A stretch of DNA of 63,749 nt, counting the filler, from Octopus bimaculoides (Eukaryota): assembly GCF_001194135.2 (NCBI RefSeq). It is 3 parts of 3 records of this genome, joined end to end, with 100 filler letters (N's around TTAATTAATTAA, not from the genome) between each part and the next. Parts side by side here need not be neighbours in the genome. Positions count along the whole stretch, not along the records: positions 1 to 26,330 come from NC_068997.1; 2 more parts are not named here. The stretch is one strand, 5' to 3'. Shown here piece after piece: positions 1 to 11,242 of the stretch. The notes under the pieces were generated by a model, which worked only from the letters and a program-made list of their open reading frames with translations, was not told where the DNA came from and searched no databases. Position numbers and translations under genes: made by a program. Numbering within the stretch: position 1 is the first letter of the stretch; every line of letters starts with the position of its first letter.

Positions 1-38
1 GACAGGATTTCTATACTAATTCTGTCCAGTACACCACC

Positions 39-330
39 ATGTTGTTCTTTGGCATGCTGGTAGAGCACCGAGGTTTGTTTTTGATTATTATAGGGAGATC
101 CATTAGATCAATAATATGTAAAACATATCCCTTCAGAAGAACAAGGTGTGTTGAGGAGAGTTGCATTGTGTGCAAATATAGTCCTGGTGCCAACTGCAAA
201 GCCAGAAATGTAGTCTACAAAATAAGCTGTATGGACGGTGAGTGTAAAAGCAGAAACACGACATACATAGGTGAAACGGCAAGAAGTTTGGCTGAGCGTG
301 TAAACGAACATTGGAGGGACTATAATATCT
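39..330 (+). mobile_element. Penelope-like element fragment, GIY-YIG endonuclease region
   Basis: Translation ...CVEESCIVC...CKARNVVYKISCMDGECKSRNTTYIGETARSLAERVNEHW has the VVY...C..C...YIGET.R.L..R..EH pattern of PLE GIY-YIG domains with an upstream Cys cluster. Truncated at about 330. Confidence 0.8.
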
Positions 331-853
331 TTTTTTGCTGCCGTTAATAATGTTCTATAGACAATGGTTTTCCTCTTCGTGCTATCTATAACTTCGGGAG
401 TGGTGGTGGGGGAGTCAGTCTTAATTACACCCCCCTCCTGGATTAAGTCCTTATAATCTTCGAGCTTTTCTTGACTGACCTGCACTCCCTCGCTGGCGAC
501 TTCGGTCATGGAAGCATAACTGCCACCTTTGGCCATGAACGCATAACTGCCTTCAATATTGTTAATTCGAGCATGTTCAGGCACCTGTTCCATGACGTGG
601 TCCACATACATTGGAAGCTATCAACCTCCATGCTGCACTGCTTTTGCATTAAAAAAAACAATCCGCATTTAAACGGGGTAAACGGTAATTGAACACAAGC
701 CTACTAACGCAGGCTGTGCGTCAAACGACGAAGAAGCAAATTTAACAACAGGTAATCACAAAAGGGAAAACCTACAACAAACAATGTAAAACAGGTGCTT
801 AACTCAGCAGTAGAAATCACATCAACTCAACTCAAAAGGAAGAAATTTCGACT
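330..853 (-). mobile_element. 5' fragment (5'UTR plus ORF1 N-terminus) of a second L1/Tx1-type LINE, element B
   Basis: Minus ORF SYASMTEVASEGVQVSQEKLEDYKDLIQEGGVIKTDSPTTTPEVIDSTKRKTIVYRT aligns by eye with NFAAVTSVPREEMCIERNQADKSKGLLRKEGHEIKLTPPSGLSYTTSRKTVVFKT from ORF1 of the element at 854-5826. It has a similar T/G-rich 5'UTR and the same first 25 nt. Confidence 0.6.
829..853. repeat. Left copy of a 25-nt direct repeat flanking element A (TSD or conserved 5' terminus)
   Basis: AACTCAAAAGGAAGAAATTTCGACT here versus AACTCAAAAAAGGAGAAATTTCGACT at 5827-5852. Confidence 0.8.
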
Positions 854-1056
854 TGATTTTAATTGACCACAAGGGTCGCATACAGAAGGGACATACAAGG
901 GGCCAGGGTGATTCGTTCTGAATGATAATGAACATTAAAAGTTTTAAAAATTGAGAAAGATGATAACAACGAATGACTATGATGAAGCGATGGGCGTAGG
1001 TGACCCCACAGATCATGTTTCACCACTGAACCTTTAAATAAACATTTTGTCCTCTC

Positions 1057-4000
1057 TTAAGAAGCTACATACATTCTCAACAAGTATGCTACTTTCATCC
1101 ATCTTTTCTTGTATATACTTAGAGGCAGGCGACTCCTCTCCAGACTTATTTTTCTTTCGAGATGAGAAACAAAAAAGTTTACCAACCCTCGACTGGAGAT
1201 GAAGTCGCCTGTCACTACTCCTTTCATGCGAGACCTCCACACAACCTCATTCGCAATCGCTATTACAGTGAGAAAACAGATTTTCCCTTCCCCTTTCAGA
1301 GATGGCTGCGGAACAATCTTTATAATTGACTCAGAAAACAGATGTACTGTTACCAAACGTTACAGAGTTTCTCCCAGGTCATCGTCACACTTGGCCTCTA
1401 CCAGCCGCTATAGAATGACGAGGTGGAACCCTCGCCGCCGGCATTACCCGTCCGGCAGAGAAGTGCAAGTTCCTGCCGACAGTCGGCCTGCCACGCTCCT
1501 TACTTGGGTCTACGCTTGATCCACGGTTCTAATTCACCGAAACTAGTGAATTGAGGAAGAATCAGTTTGACGAACGGAGACCACACCCGTTCACCATCCA
1601 GAAAGTGTCAAAGATGCCTCAGCCTCAGCGCATGTCTCCGCATCATTAGCCACGGCGTCCCTAGCCCACCCTTTAGCAGCTGTTGGCAGCAGATAGAGCG
1701 CCTTACAAGAGGACCCCTATCTTTCTACAAAGAGCAATCGTTCCATCTTGCTTAGACACGAATCGGGACAAGATACGACGGTTAGGCAGTAGGTAATCAC
1801 AGATGCAATGAACGCATTTGGGACCTCCGCACTCCCTTTCAGGGATAGCCACCGTTCAGACTAGGTCTGAGTTAGGTGGGCCAGCCTACTCGTAACCTCG
1901 CTCCATTTTTTCTCTATCTGGAGATCTGGACCGAACCAAACCCCTAGCATTTTAACCGAACCGTCCGTCCAACGTCCCACGACGCTGTTAGACGGCATCG
2001 ACCTGTCTCTCTAGGTGCAGAGTTGCAAGCCCACCGACTTATCACGGTTGATTTTTGCTCCTGCCACCGCCTCGTAATCCTTAATGGCTTTGCCTACCCT
2101 CTGTAGGTGTTCCACCTTGGACACGATGATGGTGATGTCATCCGCATACGCTGTAAACCTACTCTCCACAACCTAGATCACGCGAGACGTCCCTCATACT
2201 CCCAACTTCCGCAGTAAAGGCTCCAGAGCCATCACATACAGAAGTGGGGCGAGGGGACATCCTTGACGTACCGAACGCTTGATGCAGAACGGTTTCGAGA
2301 AGAAACCATTCACCCGAACAGTCGAATCGATATTGCTATATAAAGCAATGATCCACCCACGGAAGACCGGGCCAAGTCCGACTACCGCGAGGATCGACAC
2401 CAGATACCAATGGTCAGCCCTGTCAAAAGCTTTAGAGTGGTCTAAATGGACCAAAGTCCCACCCTTGCCAGGAATCCTATTAGCTCTCTCTAAGGTATAG
2501 CGTATAAGGTGGAAATTGTCCTGTATGGACCTGCCAGGAATGGAGCAAGTTTGCGCCTCCCTGACGAGTCCACCCACGACACGCGCCAACCTTTTTGCTT
2601 GTAGTTTGGTCAAAATCTTCAACTCTGCATTAAGCAGCACTCCGAGAATTATCTATTATATCCCTCTTGTTTGGATCCTTTCTTAGCAGCACCACAGCCC
2701 TCCGGCTCACAGATCTAGGTATAACCCCATTCTGTTTCCAGTTGGTGTAGTCGCATGCTAGTAGGTGCCCAAACAAGTCTGGCATACTATAATATACCTC
2801 GTAGGAAAGACCATTCAATCCCGGTGCCTTGTCTCCGCTGCAGTCCGACAAAGCCTCCTCCACCTCTGCAACTGTGATCGGTCCTTTACAGCATTCCGCT
2901 TCCCGCCCTGAGAGACGCGGAAAACCGGAAGTTCGCGAGGTCTTCCCTACACTCCGGTCCACCGTCCCTCCCGAATAGCTGGGCGAAATGCTCGTGAAAA
3001 ACCTTGCTCATCTCCTCGGGTTCGTTTGCTATACGCTTATGTCGATCCGTCAAAGACTTTACTGTGACATCATTTCTACATTGGGTCTCTGCCACATGGG
3101 CCTATCGGGCGGCGTTGACTCCCTCTCGTCCCATTCTAAGAAGCTTAGCTCTGACAATGCATCCCTCGTGTTTAGCCTCGAGATGTTGGCTGAGTACCAA
3201 TCTCGCGGCCAAAACTCGGAACGCACTGCCAGTCCTCAATGTCTCTTCTAGAGCCTTAACTAGGTCCCCTTCTATTCTATTCTTCTTCCTTACTAGCTCC
3301 TTACTGAACCTAACAGACTCAAACTTGCTGGCTCTTTTGAGGGATCCGGTTAGTGCCCTCATTACTAATTGCCTAATCCGACTCCTGTACTCCTCACAAG
3401 CCAGAAGAGACTTGCTAAGTTTCCAGTAGCTGGGTCTCTGTCTACATAACCTATCTAAGTCAAGTCTACAGGTCACAAATTTGTGATCACTGTAGCTGAC
3501 CGAGTGGAACTGTGGGCAACTAACTATGTCTTTATCTATACATCTAATTATAATCCTATCTAAGTAAGATCTAGAATACCCATCGCTGTTAGTCCATGTC
3601 CACACTGGAGCATCCGGGAATTCTAGTCTGTATCGATCTGCCAGTTGAAAGCGACTGAGCAGATCGTTGAGGCATGAGTTTCCCTTCCTATCGGAATTTG
3701 AGCTAAGATCGTACGAGAATCGCATCGCGTGCATCGCAGATTGTGTTAAAGTCTCCTAGCAACACTAAAGTGTGTGGCGTTCCTAGAAAATTCTCTAGGC
3801 TTCGAAAAAAAGTTTGACTGTCCAGCTCTACAGGGAGCATAGACAGCCACCAACCTGAAAGTCTTACCACAGCTGTGCGTCACATCCAGGACGACCAGCC
3901 TGCCCTAAGGGCCAACAAAGATTGTTTTTAACTGTAGTTTCAAATCCTTCCTGAGTAGAATCACGACACTTCCCCGCCTCCAGGTCAGGATGGAGAAATA

Positions 4001-4176
4001 AATTTCTCGTAGCCGTTTAGGAGGGATGAGAAAGCCCGCAGTTCACTCAGTCTGGTTTCTGTAATAACGACAAGATCTAAACTGTGCGACCTGAGATCGT
4101 TAAGGAGACGACCATGCTTCAAATACGATCCCAGGTCGCGTACATTTATACAGCCTACCTTAAGAGAAGACAACAA
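1057..4176 (-). pseudogene. ORF2 (APE endonuclease plus reverse transcriptase) of element A, disrupted
   Basis: ORF-track pieces 3985-4176, 3102-3734, 2630-2962, 2194-2640 and 1057-1356 are collinear parts of one ORF2. Confidence 0.88.
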
Positions 4177-4199
4177 AATTTACCTAGTGGTGGGAGGAT

Positions 4200-5735
4200 G
4201 TACCCTCCTCATCGTCCGTGGACTGTGGAGCAACTTGGATGAATTGGAGGAATAGTAAAGCTGAAAATATTTTTCTCAGAGGATCGACGTCCTCTGGGAA
4301 TGATGATGTAAGTCTTCAATGCAGTTCTTTGTCCATGTAAATGAAATGAACGTTTTTCGGAATGTCTTTGTTTGTAGGGTGATTGAATGTTTTTTTTGTG
4401 ATTTAACTAATTTTCTTAGTTTTTCATTGTTCGTATTGAACGCTGTTGTGAGGCCTGTTTTAGAGGGTTGAGGAGTTTGGTGTTCTTGTGAGTCTGCCTT
4501 TGCGTTTTTTGTGTGGGGACAGGGATGGGAATCGTGTCAGAAGTGGTAGGGAGAGGCAAAGTGTCTTCAGGGGCAGGGCAGGGATCAATGACTATGGGGG
4601 TAGGGTGGGGAATGGTGTTTGTGGGACAGGGTAGGAATCAGTGTCTATAGGGGAAGGATGGGGACTGTTGTCTGTGGGTGCAGGATGGGGGTTCTTCTTT
4701 TTTTCTTTTTTCCCAACAATAGTCCACTTGTCTTTTATTTGGTCTTTTCCTCTTCATTGTGTTCGTCTCCTCCTGGGTTTTTTCTGCTGCAGGTGTCGCC
4801 GGAGGGTGATGTGCCGCTGCTTTTACCGCTGAAGGTGTGGCTGCTTTCCCTACAGGTAGGTTCTCTTGTGGTTTAGGTGGAGGTCACACTGCTCTTATGT
4901 GGCCCTTCTGGCCACATTAAAAAAATGAGGTTTTCTACCCTCTACCATAACTCTTAGCTTGGTGTCGTCATCCAACAGTATGGTGTCGACAATCTCCTCG
5001 ATGTCCGCAGGGGCAGCTTGAGTTAGCATCTCTAATCCCTGCTCCTGCCAGTTCTGCTGTTTGATTTTGGTTGATTGGAGGATTGTTTTTTTTTGCTCCA
5101 GCCAGGCAACATCGACCTCTAGTGGAATCTCTCCCACCTTAATCTTGGGAGTGCGTCTTCCCAGGTATGTGGGTAAGAAGACCACTTCGTTGGTTTTCAG
5201 CGGGGTCGTAGAGTGTTGCCTGGCAATATCTTCGGATGAGAACCGCACCTCCTACATCGCAAAACGTTTGCCCCTGGCGAGATATACTATATCTTGCCAA
5301 CTGGGCCTTAGACACTTTTTCTCCTGTTCTTTCGTCACCATGTCGAGCTTTTTGTTTTAAAAACCACCGTTTTACGGGAAGTTGTATAGGATAATCCGCT
5401 CGGAGGGGTCAGTTTAATTTCGTGTCCCTCCTTACGTAGAAGACCTTTGGATTTATCAGCTTGGTTCCTTTCGATGCACATTTCTTCTCTTGGGACACTA
5501 GTCACCGCTGCAAAATTGTTTGCTTTTTTTGGTTTCAGTCGTACTGTCATTTTCCTTTTGTATTATTTTGTCCAATATTTTGACACACTGTGTTAATTCC
5601 TCCTCAGAGGATTCGACGTCAGTTGAGCTCACGTCCGATAATATCATCATTAAAACAAAAAGCACAATTAAATATCCCCCCCCCCCCTTGAAACAAGGGG
5701 AAAACGACAACGTGTCTGCAACATCGCAGAATTAA
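4200..5735 (-). pseudogene. ORF1 (gag-like, Zn knuckle) of element A, disrupted
   Basis: ORF pieces 5498-5710, 5335-5550 and 4895-5248, a knuckle remnant, and a Pro/Thr-rich low-complexity tail at about 4500-4870. Confidence 0.7.
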
Positions 5736-5826
5736 CAAAGTGTTTTAACAACACGGTAACAAAAACGATTCGACAATAATTCAACAATAATTGCAACAAA
5801 CAGTACTTTATCGTAAAAACCAGCCA

Positions 5827-5852
5827 AACTCAAAAAAGGAGAAATTTCGACT
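5827..5852. repeat. Right copy of the 25-26-nt direct repeat flanking element A
   Basis: Differs from 829-853 only by small indels in A runs. Confidence 0.8.
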
Positions 5853-5883
5853 GTCTGGAACACGGTATAAATTGATTTTTATA
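5848..5883 (-). promoter_or_regulatory. Candidate TATA box plus Inr-like start upstream of the Tx1 tandem
   Basis: Minus-strand TATAAAAA at 5883-5876. The A of CAGTC (5852), the first base of the repeated motif, lies 31 nt downstream. Confidence 0.4.
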
Positions 5884-6140
5884 CCTATAACCTCCACGAG
5901 ATGCACGTGCATTTCGGTTTTCATGACAGTTGTTTGCGATTACCACCCACGGCATTCAACGCAAATGCGTTTTGGCGTCTGGTTTCAGGGGAAGTTGAAA
6001 GGTTACCTGCAATTTGGGTCTCGGACATAAACTAGCTTGTCTTGGAATATTTACACTTACATCCCCAAAATAAATTTTCAGAATTTACCGTATAAAATTG
6101 ACATTTGAAAAAATCACGTTTCTTTTGCGGTTCAGTGTAC

Positions 6141-6172
6141 ACATACATACATACATACATACATACATACAT

Positions 6173-6223
<51 letters not shown>

Positions 6224-6260
6224 CGTGCGCGTGTGCGTGTGTGCGTGTTGTGTGTGTGTT
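6141..6260. repeat. Compound microsatellite (CATA)n(GT)n
   Basis: Seen directly. Similar arrays at 6486-6571, 7230-7280, 46205-46290 and many others not listed separately. Confidence 0.95.
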
Positions 6261-6528
6261 ATTTACTGTTCTGTTGTTAGTAGGATCAATAAAAGGTACT
6301 ACACCCAGTGAGATAAGTATCATTTAATATGCACAGAATTTAAATACGAGCTTCTAATAGTCTTATGCTGTGGAGACACAATAATTCGGCTTCTAGACAT
6401 GTTGTGTATTCAAACCTCAAGGATTGCTCGGAGACTCAAAACATGATATAGAAATATAATCTGCCGAATTATTGTGCATGAAACTGTGTATGTATGTATG
6501 TATGTATGTATGTATGTATGTATGTATT

Positions 6529-6573
<45 letters not shown>

Positions 6574-6574
6574 T

Positions 6575-6800
6575 CAATCCAAATAAATAAGCAATTCGAA
6601 ATGAAAAATAAAAATTAAAAAAAAACGAAAAAAGAAAATCGAACACGAGGACGTGCACAAGTAATATATTAGCTTGACGCTCAGTGAAAGGAGAGAGTTT
6701 GATGTTTCGAGTACAGCTCTCCGCCGGAAAGGAGACAGGGGAAAGTTCAGAGATGGAGAAGAAATCGCCAATGGCACACATGTAGTTACATTGCTGAAGT
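6575..6800 (-). mobile_element. Short non-autonomous repeat with a degenerate hammerhead-like motif
   Basis: Minus 6730-6698 reads TTT-CCGGCGG-A-GAG-CTGTA-CTC-GAAAC-ATC-AAA, the same layout as the motif at 56656 but with a broken core. Starts next to (TG)n. Confidence 0.45.
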
Positions 6801-7227
6801 GACAGGAATTAGAAAGCGGTAGAGAAAGTGGGCTTTTGGGATAGGAGAGTGTGAAGATGGTCAGTATATGTGTATCTGTGTGTGTGTACGTGGTAGAATG
6901 TGTGTATGTGTGGACGGTAAGTATTTGTGTGCCTATGCGTGTGTGGTGTGGTAGGCTCTGATTGTGTATGTTAGTGTTTGATTCAAAGCAGGTAAATAGC
7001 AGGTCATAGCGGCGGCAGTCGTGAAAAGTGTGTGAATGGGTAGGTGTGGCTGTGTATGTGTGTATGTGTGTTTGCATGTGTGCGTATGCCTCAGTGGGAA
7101 TGTATGTCTCTCTTTTTATATGTATATATGTACGTACGTGAGTGCGTGTGACTATGTGTATATATGTGCATGTAAGTGCGTGTGGAAGTATATGGACGTG
7201 CGTGTATGTGTGAGCATGTGTGTGTGT

Positions 7228-7304
<77 letters not shown>

Positions 7305-7309
7305 GTGGA

Positions 7310-8030
7310 GGTATATGTGTTTATTTCAGGACAGTCTTTTTTGCGGGTGGCATTGTAAATTGTTTTAGCAACAGCATCGTGCCGCAAAGGGAGGTAGTAC
7401 TGTGACAACATTTTAGGACAGATGCTAATCACATGCGTTATGTCTTCCACAGAAACATGGCATAGCCTATACATGCAGTTGCACCTTGGGATTACAAGAG
7501 TGTCACTGTCTCTCTTGTTCACGAGGTACTTTGTGGCAATCTCCTGTTCCTGGATTACAAACGCATAGCCTTCAAAGTGTGATGTGATGTAGTGCTCTTG
7601 TGTCAATTCTACTGTCTTCTTCAAGCTTCCGAGCAACATACCCATGTATGGTCTTTTTTGTTTGCTGAGTGCTTTCCATCCAGGTCTTCACTGAGGTAAG
7701 AGAGCACAGCTGTTTTGGGGCTGTATAGGAGATTATCAGGAAGGGAGTGCTTCTTGAGGAGTTCACTGCCAACTCGTACAATGCTCACATCAGCATTGCA
7801 TTAATATATTTATTTTGCTGCTGTTATTGAGCAGGTGTTGCCTGAATGATGCCGTACGACATTCGAAGGCCGTCTGCACTGATCTCAGGCCTTTATCACC
7901 TTCATTTCTTCTTAGTTAGAGCCTGTCAACATCATTGTTTCTGTGGAAGTTCCCAGTTGTTATCAGCATTTTGCGGGTTTTGATATCTATGGTGTGGATT
8001 TCTTCTACAGACCATATATGTGGATTTTCT
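7310..8030 (-). mobile_element. R4/Dong-like RLE-type non-LTR retrotransposon fragment, copy 1
   Basis: WSVEEIHTIDIKTRKML..FHRNNDVDRL..GDKGL (thumb), FEGYAFVIQEQEIATKYL and RLCHVSVEDITHVISICP..RHDAVAK (CCHC region) match the R4-clade C-terminal layout. Confidence 0.8.
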
Positions 8031-8192
8031 CTCTACACCATATGTATGTATGTATGTATCTATGTATGTATGCATTCATGCATACACACATATACAAAGA
8101 CGTATCTTTTGCGTTTCTATTTTTTGATCGTTACATAATATAAAAAACTATTATTTTCATATATAACATATAAACATTTACATCTTTTAGAA

Positions 8193-11167
8193 CAGTAGTT
8201 CTTAACCTTTTTACTACCATGCCTCCCTTAGGAATTTTTCTTTCTCCACGCCCCTTTGCATCTATGAATAAAATTCCCCCCCAGACTTTAAATAAAAATC
8301 TAAAATACGTTTTAATCTTTTTATTGAATATGAATTAGTCACATCATGCAAAATATGTATAATAATCACATTATACAAATAGTGAGATACTTGACACTGT
8401 TTCTTAGCCACAAGATCTCGAATGCGTGGTTGACTGCCAGAGAGTGCACAACCTAAGTCCCTTTCAACATTCAGCCTGCTTCTGTACTTGATCTTGACAG
8501 CAACGAGCGTGGGAAATGCAGCTTCACAAAGATACGTGGATCCAAACATAGCTAAAATCCGAAGAGCCTAATGAAAGATCAGAGGATAAATATTAAGGTA
8601 CTTGATCCAGAACGTTTCAAGATCCAGTTCTTTGAAGTCTTCCTTAGCTGGAGAGTTGAACCTCAGCTCAAGAAACTCCTCTTGCACTTCATCCAAAACA
8701 TCAGTCACTTCACACTGAAATGGGTTCCTGATGAATTTCCAAGCTTCACACTTTTCATCTGTATCTGGGAAGTATCTGATGAATTCTGTTTTCAAGTCAG
8801 TTAGATGAATGATTATTTGTTTCTTGAACTCAGAATCAAGGTTACCGTGAATGAGAGCAGAATCCAAGTAACTAAAACTGGCTGTATTTCCCTGCTAAAT
8901 TCGACATTTCCAGAGGTCGAAATTGGCCATGAAGGTTCAAATGGTGTCGTGGTGCGTGAGAATGTTGATGATTTTCTCTTGTAGCATTCAACGCCTCGAA
9001 GATGTCTAACAGGTAAGCTAGAGATAACTGAAAGCCTTCAGACTGGAACTTGTTATGAAGATCTGCCTTCTGCTGCACATCTAGAAATATTGCTATTTCT
9101 TCTCGTAGTTCATAAAGCAGTCCAAGCATGTTCCTCTTTAATAGCCATCGTACGTTCATGTGAAAAAGCAATGTTTCCTGTTCTGGTTCCATATCTTTAC
9201 ACAACACTTTGAAAAGACGACTGTTTAAGGCTCCACCTTTAACAAAGTTGATAAACTTGATTGCCACGTTCAGGACAGTTCTCATTTCAGTAAGTAAGCT
9301 TCGGGATGCTAAGGATTCACGATGAAGTATGCAGTGTGTACCTACAAGAGATGGACTTTTTCTTTCACCCTAGTAATGAATCCAGTCTGCAGATCAAGCA
9401 TGGCTGAAGCTCCATCAGTGCACACCTTTATCAGCGAATCCCACGAAAGTTGGATTTCCTGAACGAAATTTGATTCATCACGAAAAATAGCTGCTGCTGT
9501 TGTACAACTATCTATAGTGTGACAGAACAACATTTCCTCTTTTACACAAAATGAGCATATACCAGTAGCTGAGAACACTGAGCGGTATCAGTCGTTTCGT
9601 CGCAATGGATGGCAAAAACAGGAGAACCTCTTACTTGGTCGAGAATTTGATGTTTAGTGTCTTGAGACAAGTTGTCGATCCTTCCCTTGACTGTACAGTT
9701 TGATAGTGAAATCTGGGAAAGCTTGTTTGCACTATCTTTCCCCAGAACGAGTTCTGCTGCACGGAGTAGACTTGGTTTTATGAGAGACTCTTCGATGTTT
9801 ATGGCTCTTCTTGCTCTTTGCAATCAACATGGCGATCTCATAGGAAGCCTCAGCAACCATTGAAGTTTGTTGCCGAAATGCCCCACTGTCCTCCAACTTA
9901 GCTTGCTTCAAGGAATATCATTTTGCTTCCAAGAATGCCTTCGGCTTTTCTGCAAGAGCAGGATGTATTGTCCTCAAGTGGCGTTCCAAGCTTGAGGGTC
10001 GCATTCCGACCATTGTTCAAAGGAGGACTTCAATGTCACTCTTTTGGAGGACCACGAATCTAAATCGAATATATTCGTCAAGATATTTCCATTTCTTTGC
10101 ACTCATTGCGAATTATTTGATGTGCAGTGGACAACACAAATATGTGAACAAAAGATAAGGCACGTATAAGGTAATGTCAAGGCCCAAGCTAGAACGTTAG
10201 CCCAAGCTTGGAGTAAAAATTTCTGAAACAAATTAAAACAAAAACAAATTGGAATAAAAGTTAAATTAAAAGAAAAATTATACGAATACTTTGTACAAAA
10301 CATATTGTATTTATTCGTACGAAAATATATAAAAAAGTTTCTTTAATAAAAAAAATATTTTGCATAGCTTTTAGTTTTACCTAGTACTTTCTGTAATATT
10401 TAAATCTGAATTTTAGTTTAGGTTTTATATTATAATTTTTTTCTTAAAAAATTTACTATATTTTTAACATAAACATTTAATATTAAAAATTATGGCTTTA
10501 TTGTTAAAATTATTTTTTGTAATCTGTGTTAGATTTTATTAAATTGAGCGATAGTAGGACCTATTACCTACTTTTTGTTTTATTTCCTATTTTTGAATAT
10601 AATATTCTTTTCATCTTGTTAAAATTAAAAAATAGTTTTCAATTTTTTAAATTAAGTTAATATTTCTTAGCATGTTACTATAATAATTTGACGTTTCTGC
10701 ATGTCTCTTGATTTTCAAGTATCACATTATTTCATATATATGAAAACTGGATCAAACTTGTTTATAATCTATTAACTGAAAAAGATGTTTGTCTTAACAC
10801 GATAATAATATCTAAGCTTTATACCAGTAGTTCTTAACCTGAGTCTTGTTGTAATAAAAACAAATTACAAGTTAAAGGCAAATGTTAAAGCTAACATTCA
10901 GAATTAGTGAGGGTCTTGAGGGATATGAAGGGATTTTAATAAGTACAGAAAATGCTAAGCGGCACTAAGATAACAGAATAAGAAAACTAAAAGGTACAAG
11001 GCGATACTTTTGAACTTTTCATGAGCTTCTCATTATTTGACCATGTTCTCGTTAAGAGTATAACAAGTATAATTAGAGAAATTCCTAACCTTTCTCAAGG
11101 GCTCGCGCCCCACTTGGAGATTACTGATGCCCCCTAGAGGGCGAGCCCTTCATATTAAGAACCACTG
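8193..11167 (-). mobile_element. Complete hAT (Buster/Charlie) DNA transposon with TIRs and 8-bp TSD
   Basis: Left end CAGTAGTTCTTAA at 8193, right end TTAAGAACCACTG ending at 11167. Identical TSD TTTTAGAA at 8185-8192 and 11168-11175, which fits the nnnTAnnn Buster target rule. Confidence 0.92.
8379..10106 (-). pseudogene. Buster/ZBED5-like transposase, frameshifted
   Basis: Starts MSAKKWKYLDEYIRF. Contains SLSNCTVKGRIDNLS, FAIHCDETTDTAQCSQLLVYA, LLFHMNVRWL, FGSTYLCEAAF and ends QCQVSH. Several frameshifts and stops. Confidence 0.9.
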
Positions 11168-11242
11168 TTTTAGAACATAGTCATTTTATAAGATTTTGCT
11201 GGTAAATTTTAAAATCAATATCTGACTGAGGAATTTATCCCT

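Larger units (their letters stand above)
854..5826 (-). mobile_element. Near full-length decayed L1/Tx1-clade LINE, element A
   Basis: ORF1 has a frameshifted CCHC knuckle (RKPH..CGQKGHIRAVC near 4880-4935). ORF2 has an APE endonuclease (GCINVRDL..ITETRL; RSYLDRII), an RT (KAPGLNG, DHSKAFDR, RQGCPLAP, YADD at 2137-2148) and a Tx1-like C-terminus (VVWRSR..ER..W). Several frameshifts and stops. Confidence 0.9.

Noticed and set aside
4520-4700. G-run-rich plus-strand tract with G-quadruplex potential
   Set aside because: It is the antisense of the Pro/Thr-rich part of Tx1 ORF1, so it is explained by the element.
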